Shown one piece after another: positions 27,396 to 35,829 of a DNA stretch of 37,004 bases (positions within the stretch are counted from its first letter, which is position 1; each line of letters begins with the position of its first letter). Source of the DNA: an uncultured Dehalococcoidales bacterium (GTDB lineage: Bacteria > Chloroflexota > Dehalococcoidia > GIF9 > AB-539-J10); NCBI GenBank assembly GCA_964534285.1, contig CAZHQV010000003.1:1-37004 (forward strand), written 5' to 3'. The translations under genes and the position numbers were made by a program. The notes beneath the pieces were generated by a model, which was not told the DNA's origin, made no database searches, and saw only the letters and a list, made by a program, of their open reading frames with translations.

Positions 27396-29966
27396 TCAAT
27401 AGATTTGCACACACGCTTGCACTCCTTGTAGTTCAGCACCTAGCCTCAATGCTTCTCGTAATTCGCTCGGGGTAGTAAGCCCCTTCACCTCTGATTGTGC
27501 CGGAGTTACTCCTCTAGCCAAGCGGTAGTGCTTTGTGCCCCCCTGACTCCAAGGCGAGGCAAGTTCCACAAACTCCTGGTCCTCCAGTGGGGGGAAATAC
27601 TTCTTGATATAGGAATCAGTCAGACCTACGAATGCGCGGAGCTGTCGCCTAGTGAATGTCGCTTCCGCGGCCGGTGACTCCGCAGCCGAGACCATTTCAA
27701 GAACTTTCGTCAGCAGAAACCGGCTTTGCGGTGCTAAGTCATCGAGAGCCGCCCGCAAGGCAGCGCGGCCATAACGATAGGCCAAGGCATAGTCAATACC
27801 ATCAGCCTCGATGTAGGACACTTCGGAGCCATCTGGCTTGTGGTACACTTGTGCAGTCTTCTGATACTGCCTGATGAATGCTATTTGCTTTATTAGCTGG
27901 AGAAACCGAGGAAAGTCCCTGCGCGTCCTTATCTGGTCGTTAGGAAAGCGGATGAAGTCAGCGTAAGGAACAACCACCTCAACATCCTCCAGAAGACGCT
28001 GGGCATTCTGATGTCGGCGCTTCGTCTCCGCCCTCTGTTCGTCAATTTCTAGGCCCTCCCTCGTCGCTCCTTTGCGCTGGGCCTCATGGATGCGCTTCGT
28101 CTGATCCGCCGACTCGTCCAAGTAGACCGTGAAAACTCTGGTGGCGTTCTCGGGGTTAATTGTCGCCCTGGTGGTAGTCTCAGTGTAGGCCACTGGACCT
28201 TTCACTTCGTGCTCGACGGTCTCCATCCTTCCCGTCTCGGGGTCTCTCACTGGGCAGGCGACCTTTATTACCTTCTCCGACTGAAGCACCCGAATGCTGT
28301 AGTCTGCCTCGTCGGCACCACTACGTTCGGTGATTACTAGCCACTTGTGGCTGAGGCCAGTGTCCAGATAGTCCAGCGCCTTGGGGGTTATCCTAGTGAA
28401 TTCTACCACCTCGTCATGAGGGATAAGTGACGCCACGCCTCGAACGAGGTAGTTCTTGCCCGCAGAGGATGCTGCTCTCACTATGACGCCCAAGGGCTCG
28501 TTTGACTTTCTGGACGTTGCGACCACGTAGACGAGCAACTTGTTCTCTGTTTCACCAACGACTCCCATGGAGGTTAAATCTCTGATTATGCGGACGATTA
28601 GGTTTGGGCTTCTGAGAAGAGCCAATGCTTCCTCTTTTTCGTTGTCAGACATGACCGGAGCTGGAGTGGCCTCAACCGGGGGAGTGACATCCGCCGTCTC
28701 GTCCTCCCCTTTTTGTGCGCAGTGCCTCCGTGGAACTTCCTTCTCCAGCAGCCTAAGGGTCCTCGTGTAAGGGGATAGGTCCCGCTCCTTGAGGCTAAAG
28801 CGAGGCGCTATCCGGTGTCTCAGGTAGGCTTCGCTCTTGGCTGGATCCAGACTGGCGAGCAGTTTGAGACAAGGACGCAGTACATCTGGCAGCTTCACCT
28901 TATCTACGTCGGCCGGAATTTGGGATACCTGGTGCTCAACGTAGTCCTGACCCTGCGTCAGTAGGTCGGCGAACTCATCCCTTGTGTGTCCCTCATCCAC
29001 AAACCGGCATGGGTCATTGATTCCTTCCGGTAGCCGTACCACCTTTGACTTGGGGAAAAGTCTTTCTGCCAAGTCCAAAGCAGCCCTCTTTCCCTCCACG
29101 TCTGTGTCTAGGCAGACGTAAATAGACTCCGCCTTGTTGAGAACAGGCAACCAGTCGTCTTTACAGGAGGTTCCCAGGAGGGCGACGGTCGAGTAGCCCC
29201 ATCCCCAGATGGGAATGGCGTCGAACGGACCTTCAACCACTATGAGGTCGTTAGCCCCTTGCCTCAGAGTCGACGCATAAAGGGACTTAGGCGTCGGCAG
29301 CCCGAGATACTTCGGTTCGGCGCCACTCACGGACCTGCCAACGAGCCAGATAACTTTGCCGCTCCTCAAGCACGGAAACATGATTCGCCCTCGGAAGAAT
29401 TCCCGCAGTTGGCCGTTACGCTCATACACTAGGCCTGCACTCTTGGACATATCCTCTCCGACGCCATGAGCTTGGAGGAAGGCTACGAGACCTGATCCAG
29501 AGGCAACCCCTAGCTTGAGCTCCAGTGTAGCTTCAAGGCTGATGCCTCGCCTTTGAAGATAATCTCGGCCCCATTTTCCTAGACGACTATTACCCATAAG
29601 CAGATCCTGATAGTAGTTAGCGGCCAGCATCAAGACATCCTGAACAGCTCGGTGCTGCTGCATGTCTGTATAGCGTTGCGAAGACAGCTGTGCCACTGGA
29701 ATGCCAGCCCTCCTCGCCAGAAGACGGACTGCCTCGGGAAAATCCACACCCTCCTTGGCCATTACCAAGTCGAACACGTCCCCACCCTTACGGCAACCAT
29801 AACAGTAGAAAGTCTGGCTCTCTGGGTACACATTGAAGCTACGACGGGTCTCGTGATGAAGTGGACATAGGCCAGTAAGGCGCTTACCTTCCTTGCGAAG
29901 TTCGCAATATTGACCGGCTACATCCTCTATTGGCGATGCTTCGCGCACGAATTCAAGGTCCTTCAT
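27396..29966 (-). CDS. DnaG-type primase fused to a P-loop NTPase (putative helicase) and wHTH-like tail
   Basis: CHC2 zinc finger CPLH...CYGC, TOPRIM VVEGPFD and DTD, Walker A AASSAGKN, Walker B-like WLVITE; RBS GAGGAGG. Confidence 0.9.
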   Translation of the reverse strand: MKDLEFVREASPIEDVAGQYCELRKEGKRLTGLCPLHHETRRSFNVYPESQTFYCYGCRKGGDVFDLVMAKEGVDFPEAVRLLARRAGIPVAQLSSQRYTDMQQHRAVQDVLMLAANYYQDLLMGNSRLGKWGRDYLQRRGISLEATLELKLGVASGSGLVAFLQAHGVGEDMSKSAGLVYERNGQLREFFRGRIMFPCLRSGKVIWLVGRSVSGAEPKYLGLPTPKSLYASTLRQGANDLIVVEGPFDAIPIWGWGYSTVALLGTSCKDDWLPVLNKAESIYVCLDTDVEGKRAALDLAERLFPKSKVVRLPEGINDPCRFVDEGHTRDEFADLLTQGQDYVEHQVSQIPADVDKVKLPDVLRPCLKLLASLDPAKSEAYLRHRIAPRFSLKERDLSPYTRTLRLLEKEVPRRHCAQKGEDETADVTPPVEATPAPVMSDNEKEEALALLRSPNLIVRIIRDLTSMGVVGETENKLLVYVVATSRKSNEPLGVIVRAASSAGKNYLVRGVASLIPHDEVVEFTRITPKALDYLDTGLSHKWLVITERSGADEADYSIRVLQSEKVIKVACPVRDPETGRMETVEHEVKGPVAYTETTTRATINPENATRVFTVYLDESADQTKRIHEAQRKGATREGLEIDEQRAETKRRHQNAQRLLEDVEVVVPYADFIRFPNDQIRTRRDFPRFLQLIKQIAFIRQYQKTAQVYHKPDGSEVSYIEADGIDYALAYRYGRAALRAALDDLAPQSRFLLTKVLEMVSAAESPAAEATFTRRQLRAFVGLTDSYIKKYFPPLEDQEFVELASPWSQGGTKHYRLARGVTPAQSEVKGLTTPSELREALRLGAELQGVQACVQIY

Positions 29967-30162
29967 GAGCAACCTCCTCGCCGTTAGGCTCTCCTTTCGA
30001 TAGGGGATCTAAATTGCTGCGGTGCCATCGGACGATGATGCGAGACAGAAGTCGTAGCCCTTGCGCCCGCAAACCCCCGTCACGGCACGAAGGTCTATTT
30101 TGCCTTGTCGTTATTTGGCCTGGCTTTCGCTCCCTAACTGCCGGTGTTCTCATAAATCTCAT
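29953..30162 (-). CDS. small hypothetical protein
   Basis: Overlaps the primase start; contains GLRLLSRII helix. Confidence 0.35.
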   Translation of the reverse strand: MRFMRTPAVRERKPGQITTRQNRPSCRDGGLRAQGLRLLSRIIVRWHRSNLDPLSKGEPNGEEVAHEGP

Positions 30163-30533
30163 CCGCTGAACACCTGAGCGCCTCGTTCAGGCCCAACGCA
30201 TAGGTGAGTAAGCCAGCCCTGAAATCGCACACCCAATAACGAGCACCCTTTTCAGGATTGAAATTTGTCGACAGATGCTCATCCCCGTTCTTGTGAGCCT
30301 GTGGGCGCAGACACTTTGTCCGGTATTCACCATTGCCGACGCCTAACCGGCGCGCTCGCGTAGCGCGTCTAAAATTGCCTGTACAAGTCCTGAACCTGTG
30401 CTAGCATTGTCCATGTCTCAATCTCCCTTATGAGCCAGCAGCGGCTCGTTGCCAATGGTGGCCCTTCTTTCTGCCGATTCAGGCCATGGTATACTGTGGC
30501 GGGGGAGCCAAGATTAATCCGGCGCAGGGCTGC

Positions 30534-30749
30534 TTACTGCTCCTTTTTCTTATTTCCTGACTCCCCCATCGTCTGCTCCAAATTAGCTTTCTTCGGGCGC
30601 CCTCCCATTTTCCCCCAATCGCGAGCTTTGTTCGGATATTGAGCCCTCATAGCTGACTGCCCACTTCTACCCAGCCTCACAAAGTGGGTACGACCATATC
30701 TTCTCAGGACCGATAGGCCCCCTCGACGCCCTGCTTCATTGACAGTCAT
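30534..30749 (-). CDS. KGG-repeat (GsiB/Em-like) small basic protein
   Basis: MTVNEAGRRGG...LGRSG...WGKMGGRP; RBS GGAGGAG. Confidence 0.7.
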   Translation of the reverse strand: MTVNEAGRRGGLSVLRRYGRTHFVRLGRSGQSAMRAQYPNKARDWGKMGGRPKKANLEQTMGESGNKKKEQ

Positions 30750-30767
30750 TCCCAAATCTCCTCCAAA

Positions 30768-30868
30768 CAAAAAGAAAGAGCGACAAACTCTGGACGGTGA
30801 CGCTTGCCTGGCAATCCCTCCAGAGTTTGCCGCCCTCTTCTTACTCCGCCTAATCAGTTTGGGCGACA
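30768..30868 (-). promoter_or_regulatory. terminator/antiterminator-like leader
   Basis: 15-bp stem (30780-94/30819-33) with a U-rich tail; alternative pairing of 30861-68 with 30828-35. Confidence 0.55.
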
Positions 30869-30891
30869 GCGTCTATATTCAGTCTGAACTG

Positions 30892-30920
30892 AGTCTACAT
30901 CTGGGCATCAAAGGTGTCAA
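30892..30920 (-). promoter_or_regulatory. sigma70 promoter of the replication operon
   Basis: TTGACA-17-TAGACT. Confidence 0.65.
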
Positions 30921-31582
30921 GCGCGTGACAGGAACGAACAGAAGGTACTGATACGTTAAAACGCGATTGAAATGCTGTTGAATTGCGGTCCAACCGGCCA
31001 GGATGAGAGCCAAGAGAGAAAGCGCACCCATACCTAAGAAAGGGTCAAGCGCAATGTCGCCAAGGCAGCTGTAGGAGCAACTATGCGTTGAACGAATAAA
31101 GGCCAGAACAGGTTGATAGGCCTAGCCACATCGTTCCCACTCGCTAGCTTGCGTGTGGACGGAAGCACTAGACGGTTTGAATGCTCTCACCAACAGAATT
31201 GCGCCTTTCAGGATATCTCGGGCACCACCTCCTGAGCACGTCGGTACCACGACTTCCCTCAGACTAGTAGGTACAAAAGCCCACGTGGCACCTCAACCGC
31301 ACCCCGCACCGGATGCTATCTGCCTCAGCGCGCAGCATGCTACTGCTACTGCTCATCGGACGAGGTCTACCCAAGATGACCAATTTTGGTGAACGTCCCA
31401 CGCCTAGCATCACAGCAAAGGCAAAAGATCGTCACCACACAAAGCCGCTCAACGATGGTTGCTGAACGCCTCCTAGCGCTCACATCAATGGGCATGGCGA
31501 CTTAGCCAATCAATGTGACATCTCTCCGGAAGTCAGCTGTACCACTTGGCGAACCCAGAACCACCCCAGTCCACAAAATGAG

Positions 31583-32578
31583 TCACCTCAGACCAAGAAG
31601 ATCCGCTGGACTCGCCTTTGTGTGAGCCTCAAGGGCATCCTCCATTCCCAGAGTTGCCACATAGTGCCTTACCATCCTCAAATCCGAATGACCAAGAAGG
31701 TATTGAAGGTTAAATGGATTTCTATCGGCTCGGAGGAAGTTAATAGCAAATGTATGCCGAAAGCGGTGGCAATTCCCGCTACTTTTTACTCCCGCCCTCT
31801 GTTTGAGTCGCCTTACCATTATCTGGATGCCATCTGATCGCAAAGACCTTCCCTCTTCCGTTAGCCATAGGTCTTGTCTTCCATCATCCGGCCTATGCAT
31901 AAGATAGCGCCAAAGTGCTTTCTGTGGCGTTGCCCCAATTCTAACCACCCTCTCCTTGTCTCCCTTGCCTCGAATCTTAATCCATCCTCGCTCAGTGTCT
32001 ATGTCTTCGAGCCCGACACTGGCGATTTCACTTACTCTCAACCCAGTGTCTAGCAGCATCAAAATGATTGCTCTGTTCCGACTTCCGAGAAATCTAGCAT
32101 TATGCTGGTAATCATAATCGCACACTGCCAGCATCCTAGCCACTTCCTCTGGTGTATAAGGTTGTACGACCTTTGCTTTGGGATTGGACATCTTCACTCT
32201 TGCTATTGGGCTCTCAGTGAGGAAGCCTTCTCTGACGCACCAATTAAAGAAGGCTTTGAGAACGGCATAATAGTGATGGACTGTAGAATGTGAAGCTCGC
32301 CTTTCGCTCGATTCCGAGCCGTTGCCGTCAAGCCCCCAGCGACGCACTTCGCTCGTAACATACGCCAAGAATTCCCGTATGTTCCATTCTGTGATGAGTC
32401 GCACGTCGTGAGGCCAACTTTGCTGGTCGCAATACCACAAGAAGCGTTGGAGATTCCCTTCGTAGTACTCTACCGTTCTGGGGCTTTTGCCATCGGTCCT
32501 CTCTGTTAGCACAAAGCCTCTTACCAAGGATCTTAACGACGTCCCTGGTCGCGCCTCCGATTTGACATTTACTACCAT
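31583..32578 (-). CDS. tyrosine integrase (SAM-like + catalytic domains)
   Basis: TGLRVSE, GKGDK, HRFRH, LGH, RHY; starts 108 bp after the tRNA-Val CCA. Confidence 0.95.
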   Translation of the reverse strand: MVVNVKSEARPGTSLRSLVRGFVLTERTDGKSPRTVEYYEGNLQRFLWYCDQQSWPHDVRLITEWNIREFLAYVTSEVRRWGLDGNGSESSERRASHSTVHHYYAVLKAFFNWCVREGFLTESPIARVKMSNPKAKVVQPYTPEEVARMLAVCDYDYQHNARFLGSRNRAIILMLLDTGLRVSEIASVGLEDIDTERGWIKIRGKGDKERVVRIGATPQKALWRYLMHRPDDGRQDLWLTEEGRSLRSDGIQIMVRRLKQRAGVKSSGNCHRFRHTFAINFLRADRNPFNLQYLLGHSDLRMVRHYVATLGMEDALEAHTKASPADLLGLR

Positions 32579-32686
32579 CAGTCATTATGCAGCCCTGCGT
32601 CCTATCAAACAGGTGGTCAAGATTGTATTTGATCACCCTTAGTTTGTCCGACAATCAGGAGGTCTAAAGACCTCATCTCATACGTA

Positions 32687-32762
32687 TGGTGGGCAGTAGA
32701 GGACTTGAACCTCTGACCTCCTGTGTGTAAGACAGGCGCTCTAACCACTGAGCTAACCGCCC
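32687..32762 (-). tRNA. tRNA-Val(TAC)
   Basis: Cloverleaf; anticodon arm CCTGT-CTTACAC-ACAGG; GTTCAA T-loop; CCA encoded. Confidence 0.97.
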
Positions 32763-32801
32763 AACGAACCGCCGCACCTCCGGCCAGCCCATAAAGTGTA
32801 G

Positions 32802-32875
32802 CACGCCTGGCGGGATTTGAACCCGCGACCTCAGCCTCCGCAGGGCTGCGCTCTATCCTGCTGAGCTACAGGCGC
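32802..32875 (-). tRNA. tRNA-Arg(GCG)
   Basis: Anticodon arm CAGCC-CTGCGGA-GGCTG; followed by CTA rather than CCA. Confidence 0.95.
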
Positions 32876-32902
32876 ATACCAGTGCCAATAGATTGTCTGG
32901 CC

Positions 32903-33781
32903 TTATTTCTCCTTCTGTATCTTGTAGTAATCGTACCAGCCGCCCTTGCTTCCCGGCTTGTTGCCTATGTAGCCAGCCTTAACCAATTTCTTCATCGTGA
33001 TGGGCACGACATATCTTGGCTCGCCGATTTCCTCGGAAACGTATTCGGACGCATGCATCGCTATGTCAAGGCCTGTCAGATCCATGAGCTCAAATGGACC
33101 CATCGGCCAGCCAAATCCCAGCTTGCACATCGTGTCTATCTCCTTGATACCGGCTACCTGGCTCTCAAACAATCGAATGGCCTCCATGAAGTACGACCCA
33201 ATGTATCTGCTCGTGAAGAATCCAGGCCCATCATTAGCTTCTACAGGAACCTTTCCAAGTCTCTTAGAAAGGTCCACAATGGTGTCAAACGTTTCATCTG
33301 AGGTCTCCGCCGACCTAATAACCTCAATAAGCCTCATTACTTGAGGTGGAACAAACCAATGCATCCCAATGCACTTTTCTCGCCTCCTCACCGCAGAGGC
33401 CAATTCAGTTATCATTATCGTGGAGGTATTCGAGGCAAGAATAGTCCTTTCCGGGCAGACATCATCCAACTCCTTAAACACCGCCTTCTTCGCTTCCACA
33501 TCCTCAAATATTGCCTCTATGATCAAATCTGCATCTTTTCCAGCTTCCTGCAGGTCCACAGTGCCTTCAATTCGCCGAATCACCGTATCAACGTCCTCTG
33601 GAGTCATTTTCCCACTCTTTACGAACCTCGCCAGGCTGCCTTTGATTCTCTCAAAAGCGCCATCAACGAACTTCTGCTCCGTGTCCCTCATTATTACCTC
33701 ATACCCCCCCTGGGAGCATGCCTGAGCTATCCCGGAACCCATAGTCCCAGCACCAATGACGCCTATCTTCTTTATTTGCAT
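32903..33781 (-). CDS. hbd: 3-hydroxyacyl-CoA (3-hydroxybutyryl-CoA) dehydrogenase
   Basis: GAGTMG, IEAIFE, SNTS, GMHWF, PMGPFEL.D..GLD. Confidence 0.92.
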   Translation of the reverse strand: MQIKKIGVIGAGTMGSGIAQACSQGGYEVIMRDTEQKFVDGAFERIKGSLARFVKSGKMTPEDVDTVIRRIEGTVDLQEAGKDADLIIEAIFEDVEAKKAVFKELDDVCPERTILASNTSTIMITELASAVRRREKCIGMHWFVPPQVMRLIEVIRSAETSDETFDTIVDLSKRLGKVPVEANDGPGFFTSRYIGSYFMEAIRLFESQVAGIKEIDTMCKLGFGWPMGPFELMDLTGLDIAMHASEYVSEEIGEPRYVVPITMKKLVKAGYIGNKPGSKGGWYDYYKIQKEK

Positions 33782-33799
33782 GGCTCACCTCCTAAGTTA

Positions 33800-33885
33800 T
33801 GGTGCCGAAGGAGGGATTTGAACCCTCACGTCCTCATGGACACTACGCCCTGAACGTAGCGCGTCTGCCTTTCCGCCACTTCGGC
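33800..33885 (-). tRNA. tRNA-Leu(CAG)
   Basis: Anticodon arm CTACG-TTCAGGG-CGTAG; long variable arm; CCA encoded. Confidence 0.97.
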
Positions 33886-33887
33886 TC

Positions 33888-34271
33888 TCAGTAGTCCATT
33901 CCAAATTCACATTTTGCCAAGGAAACAAAAATAACAGCTAGTAGTCCCAAGACGTTGAGGGGAAGAAGAGCACAAATAGCTCCGGCCAGAGATAACCCAA
34001 AGCTCTTCCTTCTTATTGCTGAGATGCCACCCACTATGGCCAATATGCCTAGCACGACAAGGACAGCTCCTATGATAATCACCACTGTCGCCGTTGCACC
34101 TATGCCGAATTCACCTCCAAAGTATGGAACAGCTGAGGACCACAACGCTCCAATAGTCTCCATGACTTGTGTAAAGGCAACGATCATCGCGCCAGCTACT
34201 ACCTCGAGCACACCGACTATTATACTCAGGATTCCGCCAGCGCTGAGCAGGCCACCTCTTTCTCCGGACAT
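33888..34271 (-). CDS. small multi-pass membrane protein
   Basis: RBS AAAGGAGG; 3-4 hydrophobic segments. Confidence 0.8.
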   Translation of the reverse strand: MSGERGGLLSAGGILSIIVGVLEVVAGAMIVAFTQVMETIGALWSSAVPYFGGEFGIGATATVVIIIGAVLVVLGILAIVGGISAIRRKSFGLSLAGAICALLPLNVLGLLAVIFVSLAKCEFGMDY

Positions 34272-34292
34272 GCACCCACCTCCTTTCTATAG

Positions 34293-34365
34293 TGGGCAGT
34301 ACTGGACTTGAACCAGTGACCTCTTGCGTGTGAAACAAGCGCTCTAACCACTGAGCTAACCGCCC
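34293..34365 (-). tRNA. tRNA-Val(CAC)
   Basis: Anticodon arm CTTGT-TTCACAC-GCAAG; followed by CTA. Confidence 0.96.
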
Positions 34366-34377
34366 GAAATCATAGCT

Positions 34378-34406
34378 ATTTTACCCCTGAGAATAAGCTT
34401 TGTAAA
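34378..34406 (-). promoter_or_regulatory. promoter of the tRNA operon
   Basis: TTTACA-17-TAAAAT, 12 bp before the tRNA 5' end. Confidence 0.7.
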
Positions 34407-34442
34407 CATAGACCTCTTGCTTCGGCAAATCGTGGTACCGAT

Positions 34443-35370
34443 ATAGCAAATCTACTTCATGGTTATCAACTCCACGCTACTACAGAGGGAAAAGGCCCCA
34501 ATGCCATTGCCATTGTCGGCAACAGCGTAGGTTATTTTGAAGGCTTCCTCATGTCCCAAGGACGAACCACCGACGTAACTCAAATCAGCCGCCATGAAAT
34601 CAAGGAGTCCATTCTATATTTGCGACAGAAGAGGTGTTTCTCCGATCACCGGTTTGACCGCGGCGCGCGACAGGGGGCTTTCAGGACAGACCATAGATTG
34701 CTGTCTGCCCGGCCTGAGAATATTGTTCTCCCGGCTCATCTCATAAGGGATAGGAGGGACTAACTCGTTTAACCATGTGAAAATCCCACGACCAACCAGA
34801 AAAGCCATGCCTGCTTTCTCGGACTGGGAAATCCAGCAGTTGTTTAAGGCCATAGATACTGGAACCCCTGAAGGATACAGGGACTACGCCATCATCCTGA
34901 CTCTGCTTGACAGCAGCATTAGTGTACCCGAACTCTGCCGACTGGGGCTAGATAACGTCTGGCTGGAAGATGGCATGTTTGAGGTTCTGGGCAAAGGGAA
35001 TGAAGAACGTCTCACCCCGGTAGGTAGGGAAGTTCAACGCTGTCTCTGGCGTTATACTAGTCGCCACCGCCCTGAGCGAGCGACAGCTAATCCTGACTTC
35101 CTTTTTCTCACCCGAGATGGGAGGCCAAGACCAAAGATATGGTGGAGAAGATTATCACTCGCTGTGGCAGGAGCGCTGCACTGAAGGGAGACAGGTGCTC
35201 ACCTCACACCCTGCGTCACACAAAGGCAGTCAAATTCTTGCGTAATAGTGGCGACATATTCAGCCTTCAACACATTATAGGCCGCTCACAGCTCGAAGTG
35301 TTGAGAGGCTGCGTGAATCTTGCGCAGCCGGGCATGAGCGGCGTTCACCAAGGAACTCTCCGGCCGACAA
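34443..35370 (+). pseudogene. decayed tyrosine integrase
   Basis: Fragments TEGKGP, RDYAIILTLLDS, GKGNEER, SPHTLRHT. Frameshifts near 34660 and 35135, stop at 34744, catalytic R/H/Y substituted. Ends approximate. Confidence 0.85.
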
Positions 35371-35448
35371 CGTGGATTTTGGACTCCCTCAGCGGGGCAG
35401 GCGAACCGGACAAAGCTCGAAACGAAATGACATGCGCAACTGAGGAAA

Positions 35449-35700
35449 ATGAGGGCCTATCTCGAGATAGAAGAAACAGAGCAACTTGAGAATGCAGCGA
35501 CATGCCTGAAGGACAAGCTGCTCATTAGGTTCTTAGTAAGAGTAGGCTGACGCGTCAGCGAGGCTCTAGCTCTTGACGCAAAAGATATTGATTTTGATCA
35601 GGTCATGGTGACCATCGAACACCTTAGATCACATATCAGACTTCCCTGCCCTGGTGTAGTGCCAGCCCAGGGGGGAGCCGCGTCTGCCATGGAAAAATAG
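35449..35700 (+). pseudogene. 5' remnant of a short tyrosine recombinase
   Basis: MRAYLEIEETEQLENAATCLKDKLLIRFL.RVG*RVSE aligns with the 26830 protein (GYLDVDEVEKLFDAASNCRDKLLVRIL..TGIRVSE); TGA at 35548. Confidence 0.8.
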
Positions 35701-35829
35701 TATGGGATACTTGCCAGACATTCCTTAAGCATGTGTGTTCATTATCGCTCATGATTCATATATCTGTCATGTGGGTGTGATGTTTGTGTGTGAAATACAA
35801 TGGCAGGAAAACAGCAAAATCACAAATAG

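Larger units (their letters stand above)
23347..32686 (-). mobile_element. core of an integrative element at tRNA-Val(TAC); left border unknown
   Basis: Integrase directly downstream of the tRNA 3' end, primase-P-loop fusion and second recombinase, all co-oriented. No structural or conjugation genes seen. Confidence 0.75.

Noticed and set aside
35548-35550. Selenocysteine or other recoding of the in-frame TGA
   Set aside because: The gene is also truncated and lies beside another pseudogene; ordinary decay explains it.
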